A stretch of 62,850 bases of DNA, the filler included, from Octopus bimaculoides (Eukaryota), in the NCBI RefSeq assembly GCF_001194135.2. It is 6 parts of 4 records of this genome, joined end to end, with 100 filler letters (N's around TTAATTAATTAA, not from the genome) between each part and the next. Parts side by side here need not be neighbours in the genome. Positions count along the whole stretch, not along the records: positions 30,709 to 46,341 come from NC_068983.1; positions 46,442 to 57,435 come from NC_068987.1; 4 more parts are not named here. One strand, given 5' to 3'. Position 1 is the first letter of the stretch, and every line of letters begins with the position of its first letter. The notes beneath the pieces are model-generated. The model did not search any database. It was not told where the DNA came from and was given only the letters and a program-made list of their open reading frames with translations. Both the position numbers and the translations under genes were made by a program. Shown piece after piece: positions 39,728-52,629 of this stretch.

Positions 39728-40205
39728 ATGGGATAATGTACGAAAAAACAACAACAGACGAGGACAGGTGGTGTAAATAACAAAAGGATGNNNNNNNNNN
39801 NNNNNNNNNNNNNNNNNNNNNNNNNNNNNNNNNNNNNNNNNNNNNNNNNNNNNNNNNNNNNNNNNNNNNNNNNNNNNNNNNNNNNNNNNNNNNNNNNNNN
39901 NNNNNNNNNNNNNNNNNNNNNNNNNNNNNNNNNNNNNNNNNNNNNNNNNNNNNNNNNNNNNNNNNNNNNNNNNNNNNNNNNNNNNNNNTATATTACATAT
40001 ATATATATATATATGGGATAATGTACGAAAAAACAACAGACGAGGACAGGTGGTGTAAATAACAAAAGGATGTATTAGTATGACGCTCGGGAATACGGAA
40101 AGTCTTTGACATTTCGAGCTACGCTCTTCAACAGAAAGAATACGGAGACAAGGAGAAAAACACGGAGAAAAAAAATGAATAGTGTTCAGTGAACGGTCAA
40201 TCATA
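39728..40205 (-). mobile_element. Penelope-type terminal repeat fragment containing a hammerhead motif
   Basis: Hammerhead fold at 40139-40103. The Penelope assignment is inferred from the minimal hammerhead architecture. Confidence 0.55.
40103..40139 (-). ncRNA. Minimal type I hammerhead ribozyme-like motif (variant core)
   Basis: UCUUU-CUGUUGA-A-GAGC-gua-GCUC-GAAAU-GUC-AAAGA, with a 5-bp stem I, 4-bp stem II and a GUC site. Confidence 0.65.
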
Positions 40206-40854
40206 ATATATATATATACAGTGTGGCTCAAAAATGATAGTCCATTTCAGTGACATTCGAGATTTTAGAAAAACAGTACCGTTCTGACAATAGGAAATAC
40301 ATCAAAAGGACATGTTTGTATTTTTCCAAGATGTCAATAGTGATGTAATGTTCATTCTTTAGACACAAATTATTGATGATGAACCTGAAAGAACTAGTGT
40401 TGGCAGTAACATGGAAGATAAAGAGCCTGAAATGCAGAAAAAAAATAATGCAAAAAAAAAAATAATGCAAAAAAAAAATAATGCAAAGAAAAAAGAAGTC
40501 CACCATAGATTTACTCATAAGTTGTTAAAGAAATTTCAAAAATAGTATCTGAGGGCAGAACTAGAAGCCCAGGAAAACCTGGACAAAGAATAGAATTGGT
40601 TCAAGAACCATCTTAACGGTACGTAATTATCGACTCGTAGGGTAGTTAACATGTTCGAATTCTGCGTGTTTCAATCCACATATTCCTGCGAAATCATCTG
40701 AAAAAAAAAGCTTATCACATTCAAGTTTTTCACGAGTTACAAAATTATTTCTAATAATAATACATGTAACTCCGACTAAATGTGTTAAGTGCATTTTCTT
40801 TTGTTTCTCCACTGACTCGTGTGTGAATGTATATATATATATATATATATATAT

Positions 40855-41378
40855 ATTGTCGCTGTGTTGTAGGTAGCTTGTCCTACCAACCACATGGTTT
40901 CGGGTTCAGTCCCACTGCGTGGCATCTTGGGCAAGTGTCTTCTACTAAAGCCTTGTAAGTGGATCTAGTAANNNNNNNNNNNNNNNNNNNNNNNNNNNNN
41001 NNNNNNNNNNNNNNNNNNNNNNNNNNNNNNNNNNNNNNNNNNNNNNNNNNNNNNNNNNNNNNNNNNNNNNNNNNNNNNNNNNNNNNNNNNNNNNNNNNNN
41101 NNNNNNNNNTATATATATATATATATATATATACATATATGTGTGTGTGTGTGTGTGTGTGTGTATGTATATGTTTGTGTGTCTGTGTTTGTCCCCCAAC
41201 ATCGCTTGATAACAGATGGTGGTGTGTTTACGTCCCCGTAACATAGCGGTTCGACAAAAGAAGGCGACAGAATAAGTACAAGCCCTGCAAAGAATAAGTC
41301 CTGGGGTCGATTTGCTCGACTAAAGGCGGTGCTCCAGCATAGCTGTAATCAAATGTCTGAAACGAGTAAAAGAGAACG
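40855..41378 (+). mobile_element. SINE of the same family, spanning a gap
   Basis: Head ccaaccacatggtttcgggttcagtccc and tail gactaaaggcggtgctccagcat. Confidence 0.9.
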
Positions 41379-41399
41379 AATCGTTTGTCCGAAATAAAA

Positions 41400-43268
41400 G
41401 TAACTACACCCCATCAAAAGGTAAGAACAAAATCTTGACCATTTCAGCAAACACATCACAAATTACCCATATCAGCATATACACAAACAAAAATACAAGG
41501 CAAACTTCAGCAAAAATGAATGGGCTGAGCTGAAAAGATAAAACAATCATAATCAAAGAGGTTGATGGACACGGTATATTATAGAACCCTAGTACTAACC
41601 ATGTTAGAAGACACAACATATTATGAAAAGGTACAACACTACAGTCAGCAGAAAATAAGGAGAAGCCTAAAAACAATGTTAAATCTATGGAGTAGGGCTC
41701 CTCAACAAGGAATACGACTATATGACTAACTTCAAAAGTAAATCCAGTCAATGATATGGTATTCCTAAGATACACAAAAGTGAGAAAATAAGTAACGCAT
41801 GCAGGGGAGCCGCAAAAATAATAATCAAAGTACCTACTCCTAATGACCCCAAATTAAGACCCATAATGGCAGGCCCCGCATGCGAAACTCACCACCTCTG
41901 TAATTTTATAGAAACCCTCTTAAAACCATTCCTCAAGCATATCAAAAGCAACATGAGAGAGGACCGAGATATGTTCAATACCCTCCCTGAAACAACAAAT
42001 AAAAACACCCAACTAGTAACCTTAGATGTAGTCAACCTATATTACACTATCTCCCACAGCCTAAGAATAGAGGCAATTCAATTCTGGCAAGAGAATTACT
42101 CCAATGAACTTCCATACAGCAGCAAAAAAGATTTCGTAATAAAAAGGCTAAAATTCATCTTGGAGAATAACTTCTTCCTATTTAATGATAACTTCTATCG
42201 AGAAAAATCGGGGACAGCGCTGGGAATTCAGATAGCCCCCTCCTTTGCTAACCTAATCATAGGATACCTAGAAATCAATCCATATCGTAAGGTACTAGAA
42301 ACATATGGCAACCCATTCTCACTCTACATAGAAAATAACTGGAAAAGACATGTAGATGACTCGTTCATTCTTGGGCACGAAAGTGAAGAGAGACTTAAAG
42401 GATTTCAATCACTTCTGAATGGATTTGACATAGACATTCAATTTATGATGGAATATAGTCACGAACATCTTCCATTCCTCGACATCCTCATGATGAAATC
42501 CAACAACAAAAATAGAAACAGACATATACTATAAGCTCACGGACTCCGAGCAATATCTGCCGTTTAACTCATGCTACCCCAGACTCACTAGAATGAATAT
42601 CCTTTACAGCCAGGCAAAATGGATGTGTACAGCAGTATCTGATACAAGCACCAGGCATATACGACTACATGAGCTAAAGGATACACTCATCAGCAGGAAC
42701 TACCTACCATCACTAATTGATACAGGCTTTCAAAGTGCCCTACACCTCAACATCCACAAACTCAGACACTCCAATCTAAAAAAAGATTTACAACCAAAAT
42801 ACCTACCATACACATCCATGCATAACCCTATGAATAATGAGGTCTTTGACACCATCCTCCAGGACATCGCTTTATTAAAAAGGGACCTTAGACTGGATCA
42901 AATCCTCCAAAAGCACGCCATCATAAAGAGCGAAAGATAGCCCAAGTCAATAAAAAGTCTTCTAACACAGACCCAAGTACACTCGTCAGCACCATCGAAA
43001 CCGACAGTAGAAAAAATGGGGAAGATCTAACTGTTGTATATGTGTAAACCTAATTGAGGGATCGGAATTCTCTTTCAAAAGGGTCAACGTTTTACAATGA
43101 AAAACAACTTCGCATGTGCTTCGGAAAACCTGATACATGTGTCAACCTGTTCAGGATGTTCAAAAAATATATTAGTCAAACTAAAAACAGTCTACGTCAG
43201 AGGATGACGGTATATAGACCCAAAATTGAAATACCAGAATACAGAAAAATATATTTGCGCCAATTGTG
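41400..43268 (+). mobile_element. Penelope-like element, RT plus partial GIY-YIG, decayed
   Basis: KLRPIMAGPAC, LVTLDVVNLY, GTALGIQIAPSFANL, WKRHVDDSF, LPFLDI, YISQTKNSLRQRMTV. Confidence 0.92.
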
Positions 43269-43318
43269 ATTAATAATAAATTCTCGTATATTCCATTTCT
43301 ATCTTCTGTCTTTCAGTT

Positions 43319-43351
<33 letters not shown>

Positions 43352-43562
43352 NNNNNNNNNNNNNNNNNNNNNNNNNNNNNNNNNNNNNNNNNNNNNNNNN
43401 NNNNNNNNNNNNNNNNNNNNNNNNNNNNNNNNNNNNNNNNNNNNNNNNNNNNNNNNNNNNNNNNNNNNNNNNNNNNNNNNNNNNNNNNNNNNNNNNNNNN
43501 NNNNNNNNNNNNNNNNNNNNNNNNNNNNNNNNNNNNNNNNNNNNNNATATATGTATATATCA

Positions 43563-43597
<35 letters not shown>

Positions 43598-43639
43598 AAG
43601 AGGGAGAGAGAGAAAGCGAGAGAGAGAGAGATGTGTGTG

Positions 43640-43790
43640 TGTGTGTGTGGTGTGTGTGTGTGTATTTGTGAGTATGCTTGTCCCCACTAAGAATAGCTTA
43701 ACAACCGATGTCCGTGTGTTTATGTCCCCATAATCTAGCGGTTTTGCAAGCCAGATCGATAGAATAAGTACTAGGCTTACAAAGATTAAT
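43640..43790 (+). mobile_element. SINE 3' half
   Basis: gtgtttatgtccccataatctagcggtt...gatagaataagtactaggcttacaaaga. Confidence 0.8.
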
Positions 43791-44362
43791 TCTCTTTTTA
43801 CAGATCAAATATATAGCAAACATTTGAAATGATTTAAGTGTTTGTTTGCCTTTTATTAGTTGCCACTAAAAATAAAATATACATTCTATGTATATTACTT
43901 TGGATCAATTTAAGTGTTCTTCCTTTGCAGGATTCAAGCCACTCCCTAACGAAATGACAGCTCTTTTGCTTAAGTCAAGTATATATGCATTTTGTATCCG
44001 CGTATTTGCGTTTGGATAAACTTCTGACGCGGGTGTGCGAGTCACTATAGAACACAGATATGTGTTTCATTAGTGTTCATGCTGGTGTGTACATATGTAT
44101 TCCATTACGTGCATATGTTAATCAAGGTGTTTCTAATCGAGTGTATCTGTAGAAAACGAATTCCTTTGCTATGTTGTTTACATTTAGAACCCAGCCATTT
44201 CTAGGTTTCTGTGTACATGTCTTACAAACAATCTCTATATATGAATTTACCTAAATAGGTACCTTTTATATTCTGACCACTGATAAATTTTTTAGTGATT
44301 TTATCCTTTAATTATATCTGTCTCTCTGTCTGTGTGTCTGTCTGTCTGTATGTCTGTCTGTA

Positions 44363-44461
<99 letters not shown>

Positions 44462-44474
44462 TGTGTGTGTGTGC

Positions 44475-44925
44475 ACAGGATTGGCTGTGTAGTAAGAAAT
44501 TTGCTTCCCAAACACATGGCACCGGATTCAATCCCACTCCGCAGCACCTTGGTCAAGTGTTTTCTACTAAAGCGCAACTCGACTAAGCCTTGTGTGTGGA
44601 TTTGATGCACGGAAATTCAATGAAGCCCGTCGATTTTATACATATATATGTATGCATGTGTGTGTGCGTATGTGTGTGTATATGTGTGTATGTGTGTGTA
44701 TGTGCGTGTTTCCCTGTGTGTGCGTGTGTGTATGCCTTTGGGCCTTGTTTATATCAATCAACAAGTGACAAATGATGATGGCATGTTTACGTCCTCGTAA
44801 TCTAGCGACAGAATAAGGACAAGGCTTTGAAAACTAGTTGTTCGAGTTAATTCATTTGATTAACCTTCTTCAGAGCTGCATCATAGTATGGTCGCAGCCT
44901 AACGACTGAAACAAATAAATAAATA
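44475..44925 (+). mobile_element. SINE of the same family, more diverged
   Basis: caggattggctgtgtagtaagaa head and cgactgaaacaaataaa tail. Confidence 0.85.
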
Positions 44926-44959
44926 AATGATAAAAATAAATGATATATATATATATGTA

Positions 44960-44990
<31 letters not shown>

Positions 44991-45876
44991 TTATATATAT
45001 ATATATATATACACACAAGATAAATGTATATATGTATGTGTGCGTAAGTGTGTGTGTTTGCGTGTGTGTATGTATATATACATTACACATGCATGTATAC
45101 ATGAATACTTCACCAACTCCGGTCCGTCTATATAAACTCCCAGAATTTTGAGATGTCTAACTTCCTCTTTATTTTATAAGCATGAAGAAGATTAAGAATG
45201 GATGCATTTCTTCTGCTATCAAAATGTTGAGAATGAGCTCACTTTATTAATGTATCTCATATATTCGTATCTTTTTTATCGACCCATGGTGAAGTAAACG
45301 CGCAATCATTTTCGATTCTTTTCGCTATTTGTATTCCCGTAAAAAAAAATTTAATATAAAGCGCAAATCTAACGAGATTTATATTCGAAATCATGTAGCT
45401 CGAAAAATCTTACGTAAATAATTTATAATGCTATTAATGTCTAAGCTGTCTGTAATACTCTTCATTAACGAATGATATTATTTCATCTAATTTGTATTTA
45501 CTCAATATAATGCCTTGCATTTTACACTAGATAGACCATTAATTAATGGGATAAATATCTTTATACCGTACTTTAGTTAATCATTACATAATCTATCTTT
45601 ATGATTGTGATTCCTATTCTTGAGGAGAGACGTCAAAATTAATTAGTTTGTCACTGATACTTATGATGAATAGACAGTCGTTAAAGTGGACATTGTTGTG
45701 CATTATTCAGAATGTACGATGTTACAACAATGATAGATATTTCTGACATTTGAAGAAGACTACAAATGTTGGGAGAGGCAAAAGTTGATAAAATTAATCA
45801 AAGTTTTTTTTACCGGTACTTAATGTGTTGACCACCGAACTAAAAAAGTAAGGCAAGCTGTCGATCTGTTTCTTAC

Positions 45877-46032
45877 TCGGTATGGGAGATGAGTGTATTT
45901 AGTTAACCACTCGATATTAGTAGGATTGTGGTTGTATCGCCAGTCTATATAATCGTCATGAAAAAATTTAATCAATTGGATCTCTTGGATTTCAGCTGCA
46001 TAAAACTCATCATTATACACTTGGATTACTAT
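45877..46032 (-). CDS. Candidate 156-nt coding exon of an unidentified gene
   Basis: cattacAG|IVIQVYNDEFYAAEIQEIQLIKFFHDDYIDWRYNHNPTNIEWLTKYTHLPYR|GTAAGA. Confidence 0.35.
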
Positions 46033-47079
46033 CTGTAATGATAGTCGGGTCCACTAGAGGAGCTTCCTATGATCGCTACGGGGTTCTATGAATCTGTGCA
46101 TTGCACCATATATATATATATATATATATATAATTTTGCTTAAAAGAGTTCCAACACTGTCTGTTTTTTATGTTTTATTTATATTCCTGGAGAACTAATG
46201 TGGGGTATAGAATATGGAATATACAATATACAATACAAAATAAAATAAAATAAAAATGGATGGCACCATGAAAGAAAGTATTGAATGTAGATGAAATATT
46301 GAGTGTTCAATATAAAGGATCAAATATATAAATATATAAATNNNNNNNNNNNNNNNNNNNNNNNNNNNNNNNNNNNNNNNNNNNNTTAATTAATTAANNN
46401 NNNNNNNNNNNNNNNNNNNNNNNNNNNNNNNNNNNNNNNNNAGGGTTGGGTAATCGTGCGGGTGTTAATCTGAAAAATTACAGATATGTGAAAAGTACCG
46501 ACACTGCCATCTATTATAACTTTTGTTGTTCTGTTTAATATATACATAGATTATGCCTCCAAAGAAGAGAGTTTGCTGGGGAAAGACAGCAACCGGTTTA
46601 AAATGACAGCCACAGACTGCAGTAATGCACCACATTCCAGAAGCTATTTTGAACATAATGCAAAATGGTGCATCAACATCTTCTGCCCAATCTGATAGAA
46701 ATAAATATTTCCTTAAAACTTCATGCATTGTCCATCTTTCACATCCTATATATAACATGCCGTTATAACAACAAATTTTTATCGTCACTACTGCTGACTC
46801 TGACATTTCATATTATTGTGTACCTAACAAATCTTAACTGTAACAATTGGTGACCTTCGACTTCAACTAAAAACTTTATCGTTACACATCCATAATTCTC
46901 CATTTTCTTCTTTTCATCATTATACATGGTCATCAGAAAAGGTTTCCATGATTTTAGTTGTCAATTGCACTAGCTATAAGCAAGCGATCTGTATGAAATC
47001 AATGTGGCACTGTATAACAACTGTAGGAGTTTTGATATTTGCCACTGTGTTGGCTTTGAAATCACTATTTCACTAGTGA

Positions 47080-48560
47080 GTGTCTGGCCAGTCACTCCAT
47101 AGCAGTCGTGGCAACTGAACAGCAGAAAGTGCAGTGTGTGTTGTGGCATGCTGAGTTTAAGTCAGTTGTTTTAGTGTAACATCATTTTTGGTGCACTTAT
47201 GGACAAGATCCACCTACAGACAAAACCATTGTTCGTTGGTTTAACCAGTTTAAAGAAACTGGAAATGTAAACTTTAAGAAATCTCCAGGCCAGCCATGCA
47301 CATTGGAAGAGAATGTCGGTGTTTGAGACTGCCGTGTTTGCATAATCCTAAGAAGTCCATCGCTTGACACAATTTGGAACTTCGTATGCCTAAAACAATT
47401 CAAAATGTGCTGCATAAACGCCTAAGACTGCATGTTTACAAAATTTGAATGAGACATAAAATTAAGGAAACAGATAGGTCTAAATGCATTGAATTTGCTG
47501 TAACGATGCTGAGAAAGATTGATGTTGATGATAGTTATCTTAACAGAATTTTATTTAGTGATGAAGCAACATTCCACATTAATGGTTGTGTAAGATGATA
47601 AATATTGGTTGGCACTGGAAAGGTGCCACACAATTCCTTACATAAATGTTTGAGGAAAATTAGCAGAACAAGAAAACATCCAAACATAAAAACAATCCTT
47701 TTATTCTGTATGTACAAAATTTACACCTCGGGACAATCAGTAGCCAGATCTGGTGTGGAAGCAGCAAAGTCGGAGTCAATCATACCTTGTGAAGGCATTC
47801 TTCACACTAGTCCAGCTACATTGGAGCTGGTCAAATAATGGTCAGCAGCAGAGGTGAACAGAGAGCTGCTGAGAACATGTCCGAGATACAAGTCTGAAAT
47901 ACAAGAGAACTCTGCTGCTGCTAGTTTTCTGCGCATGTGCATGAGGAAACTTCCGGCAGGTCTTCCAGAAGATTCCAACCCTGTGCATGCATGAAGACCC
48001 TCAAAATGACATCACTACAGTTGTGTTAACTGACATAACAATTGGATATGGGGACCTCAGCAACCCAACGAAGTTTTCCAGTACATTTGTGTTACACCAG
48101 AGGTTGATGTGTGGTGTGGACTTCTGCATGATCGTGTTGTTGATCCTTTCGTGTTTGCAGATTACAGGCGGCAGACACTGAAAGAAAAAAGGGAATAAGT
48201 GTAATTTTCCAGCTGGATTGAGTGCTGGCTCACTACAGCTATAATGTGCGACAAGCTCTCAACAACATTCCCTGGCCATTGGATTAGAAGAAATGGTCCT
48301 GTTTTGTGGCCACCTAGAAGCCCTGATCTAACTCCTACGGACTTTTTCTTTTGGGGTAATCTTAAGAACATTGTCTATGCAGAAAAAATCCAGAATCTGC
48401 AACACTTAAGAGAGAGAAGCCACGCAATGATAGCGACTGTGAATCCTGATATGATTCAGCGCACCTGGAGGGAGGTCGACTATCACTTAGATGTTTGCCA
48501 TGCAACAAAAGGTACTCATATCGAAACCTTCTAAGAAAAATTTAAGATATTCTAGCAGGT
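47080..48560 (+). mobile_element. Mariner-like transposon (HTH plus DDD transposase), decayed and interrupted
   Basis: QQKVQCVLW...PPTDKTIVRWFNQFKETG, ILFSDEATFHINGC|VN, WPPRSPDLTPTDFFFWG, ATKGTHIETF*. Confidence 0.92.
47589..48019 (-). mobile_element. Solo LTR (431 bp) inserted in the mariner transposase
   Basis: Minus strand TGTAGTG...TTACA, GTTG TSD (47585-47588 / 48020-48023). Removing it restores FHINGCVN. Confidence 0.9.
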
Positions 48561-48605
48561 CTATGGAGTCATCAGGAGAGAATGCACATTTTGGGGCCTT
48601 TCTTT

Positions 48606-49060
48606 TGTAGTGGCGCGAAATTATAGCCACCATTGAGGAAGTACTATTCTGCACATGCGCAGGGGACTTCACCACTGGAAACCCCTCGAGTGTGCATGCG
48701 TAGTAAAACTGGTACTTAAAGAGTGAGTTTCACTTTGTTAGGAGTTGCGCGACAGACCTTCTACGTGACAACTCCTCGCTCCTCAACGAAGCACTCTTCA
48801 CCTCGATGACTTCGATGGTGATAGCTACTTGCTTCTCTGGCAGGCATCAAGAAAGCCCTTAACCTTCCAATACCAAATAACAACTTAACCAGCGGCTGCT
48901 AAGCTGAATTACAGGAATTGTGAAACCAAGCATCATCAAAAAAAATAAAACTTATTTTTATTATGTTGTAAAATTGTTCTAATGTCTCTTCATATATAAT
49001 GCTGTTGAAAGGTGATAGGGAGAGACTAAAGTCTCTATGACAACTATCAAAACATTTACA
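48606..49060 (+). mobile_element. Solo LTR (455 bp), same family as 7949-8378
   Basis: TGTA...TACA termini, CTTT TSD (48602-48605 / 49061-49064), collinear with the 7949 copy. Confidence 0.95.
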
Positions 49061-49071
49061 CTTTTAATTAC

Positions 49072-49925
49072 ATTATGGGCTGTAACTGCTGAGGACATAC
49101 GTAAGCTCGCAAGGAATGAAGCCAGTATGCTCCGTTGGATGTGTAATGTCAATGTGAATACCCGTCAGAGTGTAAGTATCTTGAGAGAAAAGCTGAACAT
49201 TAGAAGCATCAGTTGTGGCGTGCAAGAGAGACGATTGCGCTGGTATGGACATGTGGTGAGAATGGAGGAGGATAGCTGCGTGAAAAAGTGCCACACCCTA
49301 ACAGTTGAGGGAACCCGTGGAAGAGGTAGGCCCAGGAAGACCTGGGCTGAGGTGGTGAGGCAAGACCTTCGTACANNNNNNNNNNNNNNNNNNNNNNNNN
49401 NNNNNNNNNNNNNNNNNNNNNNNNNNNNNNNNNNNNNNNNNNNNNNNNNNNNNNNNNNNNNNNNNNNNNNNNNNNNNNNNNNNNNNNNNNNNNNNNNNNN
49501 NNNNNNNNNNNNNNNNNNNNNNNNNNNNNNNNNNNNNNNNNNNNNNNNNNNNNNNNNNNNNNNNNNNNNNNNNNNNNNNNNNNNNNNNNNNNNNNNNNNN
49601 NNNNNNNNNNNNNNNNNNNNNNNNNNNNNNNNNNNNNNNNNNNNNNNNNNNNNNAGATCGTTGCCAGTGCCCCTGGACTGGCTTGTGCGGGTGGCACATA
49701 AAAGACACCATTTCGAGCGTGGGCGTTTTCGTGCAGGTGACACGTAAAAGCACCCGCTACACTCTCTGAGTGGTTGGCGTTAGGAAGGGCATCCAGCTGT
49801 AGAAACTCTGCCAAATCAGACTGGAGCCTGGTGTTGCCATCCGGTTTCACCAGTCCTCAGTCAAATCGTCCAACCCATGCTAGCATGGAAAGCGGACGTT
49901 AAACGATGATGATGATGATGATGAT
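49072..49925 (+). mobile_element. RTE LINE 3' end, 5'-truncated, with (GAT)n tail
   Basis: EASMLRWMCNV...RRLRWYGHVVRM...GRGRPRKTW, then 3' UTR and tail. Confidence 0.95.
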
Positions 49926-50089
49926 GCACCAGCCTCCCTCACTGATATAAGACCCTACTTGCTTGACCAATTGGCTACCAGGATTCATTTGATATTTTTC
50001 TAGCCGTTACTCACCATCTCTTTTTCACCATATTGTGTGACTCACCTTCTCTACTATAGCTTGGATATCACTCATGATGGTATTTATTT

Positions 50090-51380
50090 GTTGAATTTGG
50101 TCTTACAACAACCTTTACCTTATATTGCTTCCAAGGAATTCTCTTCATTCAACTTTGACTGGATAACATTCTGCTTTCTGGCCTACATTTTACCATTCCT
50201 CGACCTTTCAAGCCTGAGTAGTGTTCATATTATCTTCATGATGAACCATCAGCTCAACAAAGTATATCATTTTGTTTTGCACTCCAGATGACAATATCTG
50301 TTTTTTTCATAAATGCTACAGGGAAGAATCTTTGGCACCCTGGAAAATTTGCAACCACCTTCCAACACTCATTCCACTTTTCATTGTTCATAGGGACTTC
50401 CTTCTTCCATAGATTTGCTGTCTTGGATGAACAAAGGTGATGAAATTTCTGGCTGGTTTCCTCTGTAGTTTCTTGCCACTGTTGATTAGAACAATTTGGT
50501 TCTTTACAGTATAGAAGAAAATCTTAAGAATCAAATTGTGTCTCCAGGTATATCCATCTAATACCAGTGCACACCTGAAAAGATGTGTTTCAGTGTTCCT
50601 ACTTTCCCACATCTGCAGTTACTACTCTTTGATACCTTCTATCTCACCAGGTTTGTAGGAGATGGCAAGGCATCATAAGATGAGCTAATCAGAAAGACTC
50701 AGTCTTGTATTCCATTTCCATATTTTAACCAAAATTATTTTCCCCTCGATTACATGCTCTTCCCATCTTGTCATCTGTCCTTGAGAACATTGAATCAAGT
50801 GAAGACCTCTACTTCCCTTGCATTGATACTGTTACCAGCATAAAATTTATGTTCACTCTGCATCATACTTGAGAATGGCCTGAAAAGTTCTGAGTCAAAC
50901 CCAAGTCCCTTCCAATCAGTTTGTGTGGTATCCTGTGTGTCTCAATGTTTAAATGAAGGCATGATATCATTAGTTTCTGCTTCTTCTTTCCAATTTTCTG
51001 TTGTTTTTACATCTGGTAGATCACACTTTATTTCTGTCCTTCAACTCCCTTCACAGCATTACTGTTCGTACCTTCCCTACCTCATAAAGTTTGACAATTG
51101 AAGTCAGGAGAAATTGCAATGAACCCCTTCTATGATAGAGAGCTGAGCTGTTCTGCATGAAAGGTAGAACTAACCATTTCCTAATAAACACATTACACTT
51201 TTGCTCAATGATTAGAACTCATGACAATGCCTCCTTATATATTAATAGTGGCCATGGAAGGTGTGAATATAGGTCAAACTGTTGGCACCATATTTTATAC
51301 TTCCTTAGTTGTTTTGAATCATCAGTAGTTATTTGTCCATTCTCAGCTTGCATCACAATGTCCATCCTGTGACTCCTATC
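50090..51380 (-). mobile_element. HERO/R2-superfamily non-LTR element 3' part (CCHC plus restriction-like endonuclease), decayed
   Basis: LPWPLLIY, TQTDWKGLG, CGKVGTLKHI, YTWRHNLIL, TDIVIWS...VELMVHHEDN, CYPVKVE. Confidence 0.8.
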
Positions 51381-51707
51381 TGACAATGTTCTACAGAATG
51401 TATACTCCAGGCTCTAAACAGATTCTTCCTTAATTATCAGTATACTTTCTATACTTGAAACTTCACTTCTTTCTACACTCCCCTAACAAATGTCAGACTG
51501 CACAGCTTCTTAACACTACACTGCATCCTACCACTCTATCAGCTCATCTAGTCTTGAAAGGCCATTCTGCATGATCTACTTATCTACAGATAGAAGAATT
51601 CAGTCATTCCTGATGTCCTACTTAGGTGATTGTATCATGGGCAAGTGAGATAGTAATGAAATCCATAAGTATGTATCATCTGTGTGTGTGAATGTGTGTG
51701 TGTGTGT

Positions 51708-51778
<71 letters not shown>

Positions 51779-52231
51779 CGTGCGTGCACGCGCATGCATG
51801 TGTGGATGAATGTTTGACTGCTACAGTGACCTAACTATTCAATGAAATGCTTCTTAAAGGGTCATAAAGCAGTAACATCTATTTAATGAGACAGACAGCA
51901 AAAAATCTTGTTGCAGATATCATCAGACTTGGCAACCAACTAAGAGTTAAATTCTTGCACATTAACTAAAAAATTTTATTGTTTATGTTGTTCAAATAAA
52001 TTCTTGCCACTGAGTTGTTTGTATTATGCATACTCACTCATAATGTATATATATTCAGTGTTCTTTAAGTTAATTCAGCATATTGTTTTATATGGAATTC
52101 TGAAAAATCTTAGAGTTTTCTTGAATGACACATGGGAAGTAATCAATTGTTACATAAAGATTGATTATATTAAATTTAGCTGAAACAACTGTACATTGAA
52201 GTAATAAAATGACTTGCTTGCTCCATTCTTC

Positions 52232-52480
52232 TTCATCATCATCATTATCATCATCATCATTTAACGTCCATTGTCCATACTGGCATGAGTTGGATGATTT
52301 GACCAGGGCTGATAAGCTGAGGGGCTGGACCAGATGCCAGTCTGATCTGGCATAGTTTCTATGGTTGGATGTCCTTCCTAATACTAGCCACTCCAAGAGT
52401 GTAATGGGTGCTTTTACATGCCACTAGCATGGGTGCCTGTTGCATGATACCAGTATCTGCTACAACTATGATTTCACTTG
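52232..52480 (-). mobile_element. RTE LINE 3' UTR and tail, degenerate
   Basis: (ATC)n followed by ttaacgtccattgtccatactggcatgagttgg. Confidence 0.8.
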
Positions 52481-52629
52481 ATTTGATGGGTCATCTTATT
52501 TTCAATATAACAACTTCATGGATGCATGTGGATTTACTGACATTTGTTTTGTAGAACACTCTCCAGCTTATAGCTTTGTCTGATAGCCAATATCTGTGGA
52601 TAAGCTTTCTGCCCTTGAATGGCTTAGAG

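Noticed and set aside
39708-40071. ~80-bp direct duplication on both sides of a gap
   Set aside because: This is a contig-end overlap with small indels, consistent with unmerged haplotypes.
40219-40245. TA-CAGTGTGG Tc1-like terminal repeat start
   Set aside because: No matching inverted end or transposase was found nearby.
40440-40495. Short tandem arrays ((A)nTAATGC here; AATTTACAG x3 at ~22327) as CRISPR-like repeats
   Set aside because: There are no unique spacers, the context is eukaryotic, and no cas genes are present. These are simple slippage repeats.
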